A stretch of DNA of 39,237 bases from a virus: positions 1-39,237 of IMG/VR virus record IMGVR_UViG_3300027432_000003; one strand, given 5' to 3'. Positions 38,474 through 39,237 of the stretch are shown in pieces. The position numbers and the translations under genes were made by a program. The notes under the pieces were generated by a model. It had not been told where the DNA came from, searched no databases, and worked only from the letters and a program-made list of their open reading frames with translations. The first letter of the stretch is position 1. Every line of letters begins with the position of its first letter.

Positions 38474-39237
38474 ATGAACTACTACAACGAACACGACCCG
38501 AAGGCGGCGGCTTGGCTGCGCGAACTAATCCGCGCTGGCGAAATCCCGTCCGGTGAAGTGGACGAGCGTAGCATCGTGGACGTAAAACCAAATGAACTCT
38601 CATCCTACAATCAATGCCACTTCTTCGCCGGCATCGGCGGATGGTCACTCGCTCTTAAACTCGCCGGATGGCCCGATAACAAACCCGTCTGGACTGGCTC
38701 ATGTCCGTGTCAGCCGCTTTCGTGCGCTGGACAGCGAAAAGGCCATGCCGACGAACGACACCTGTGGCCCGCTTTTTACTCGATCATCTCCAAGCGTAAA
38801 CCTCCAGTCGTCTTTGGCGAGCAGGTTGCGAGCAAGGATGGACGCGAATGGCTCGCCGGAATACGCGCTGACTTGGAAGGAGTGGGATATGCCGTCGGGG
38901 CTGCCGATCTGTGCTCTGCGGGCGTCGGAGCGCCGCACGTCAGACAACGACTTTACTGGGTGGCCGACGCCAACCTGTCCAACGAACACCGATGGACACC
39001 AGGCGGGAAACAACCGCTATGTGGACGGGTGCAAACAAATCCTGCGCGGATGGGCAACGCCGCGGGCGCGAGACTGGAAGGGGAATGGAATGAGTATAGC
39101 CCGTGCCAAAGCGGGGAAGAAACCAGACTGCTTGGATTTGCAATGCAAAATGGTGTGCCGAACTGGAACGGAACTACACTCGCCCTACTCTGCGAGGATG
39201 GCCCGCGACGTGCCTCCGCTGAATCCGGCGCATTCCC
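38474..39237 (+). CDS. DNA (cytosine-5)-methyltransferase, 5' part. It runs off the window end and continues at 1..251.
   Basis: Hand translation from ATG 38474 gives MNYYNEHDPKAAAWLRELI..., motif I HFFAGIGGWS, motif IV GSCPCQPLS, motif VI VVFGEQV and motif VIII GAPHVRQRLYWVA. The ORF is absent from the track because it has no stop inside the window. Confidence 0.85.
   Translation, partial: MNYYNEHDPKAAAWLRELIRAGEIPSGEVDERSIVDVKPNELSSYNQCHFFAGIGGWSLALKLAGWPDNKPVWTGSCPCQPLSCAGQRKGHADERHLWPAFYSIISKRKPPVVFGEQVASKDGREWLAGIRADLEGVGYAVGAADLCSAGVGAPHVRQRLYWVADANLSNEHRWTPGGKQPLCGRVQTNPARMGNAAGARLEGEWNEYSPCQSGEETRLLGFAMQNGVPNWNGTTLALLCEDGPRRASAESGAF
39111..39237. repeat. Terminal direct repeat, copy 2 (identical to 1-127)
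   Basis: Direct comparison. Confidence 0.95.

Overview
The window is a complete tailed dsDNA phage genome that closes on itself: bases 1-127 are identical to 39111-39237, giving a unit length of 39,110 bp. The junction falls inside a cytosine-5 DNA methyltransferase gene. Layout: (i) 453-22612, minus strand, is the late region. It carries lambda-like Nu1/GpA terminase genes, a lambda-family portal, a prohead protease and HK97-type capsid protein in one ORF, head-tail connector genes, a tube-like gene, a tape-measure-like gene and a 1231-aa fibre. It ends in an ATGA-coupled chain of secreted, lipoprotein and membrane proteins that also contains a LuxR-type HTH gene. (ii) 22613-30599, minus strand, is the early-left operon. 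It carries small Zn-ribbon and HTH proteins, a DnaB helicase, a DUF1376-like replication organiser, RusA, three amino-methyltransferases and a J-domain protein. (iii) 30857-35145, plus strand, is the early-right operon. It carries a nonapeptide tandem-repeat protein, an Erf-type annealase, a PD-(D/E)XK exonuclease and an AT-rich membrane protein. (iv) 35.2-38.3 kb is an AT-rich insertion zone with two different IS1595-family transposases. One lies in a 2,047-bp element with perfect 24-bp inverted repeats that carries a DUF3800 gene. By eye I saw no integrase, CI-like repressor, tRNA, CRISPR array or recognisable endolysin. The main oddities are: two enzymes (C5-MTase, RusA) whose family motifs are split over two overlapping open frames; a 27-nt x 18.8 in-frame repeat gene; a 20-22-nt motif at late-gene junctions, one copy of which lies inside the protease-capsid ORF; inverted repeats bracketing the MTase and J-domain genes; and Sec or lipoprotein signals on most products of the distal late operon. 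All functional calls come from reading the motifs by eye. No database search was run.
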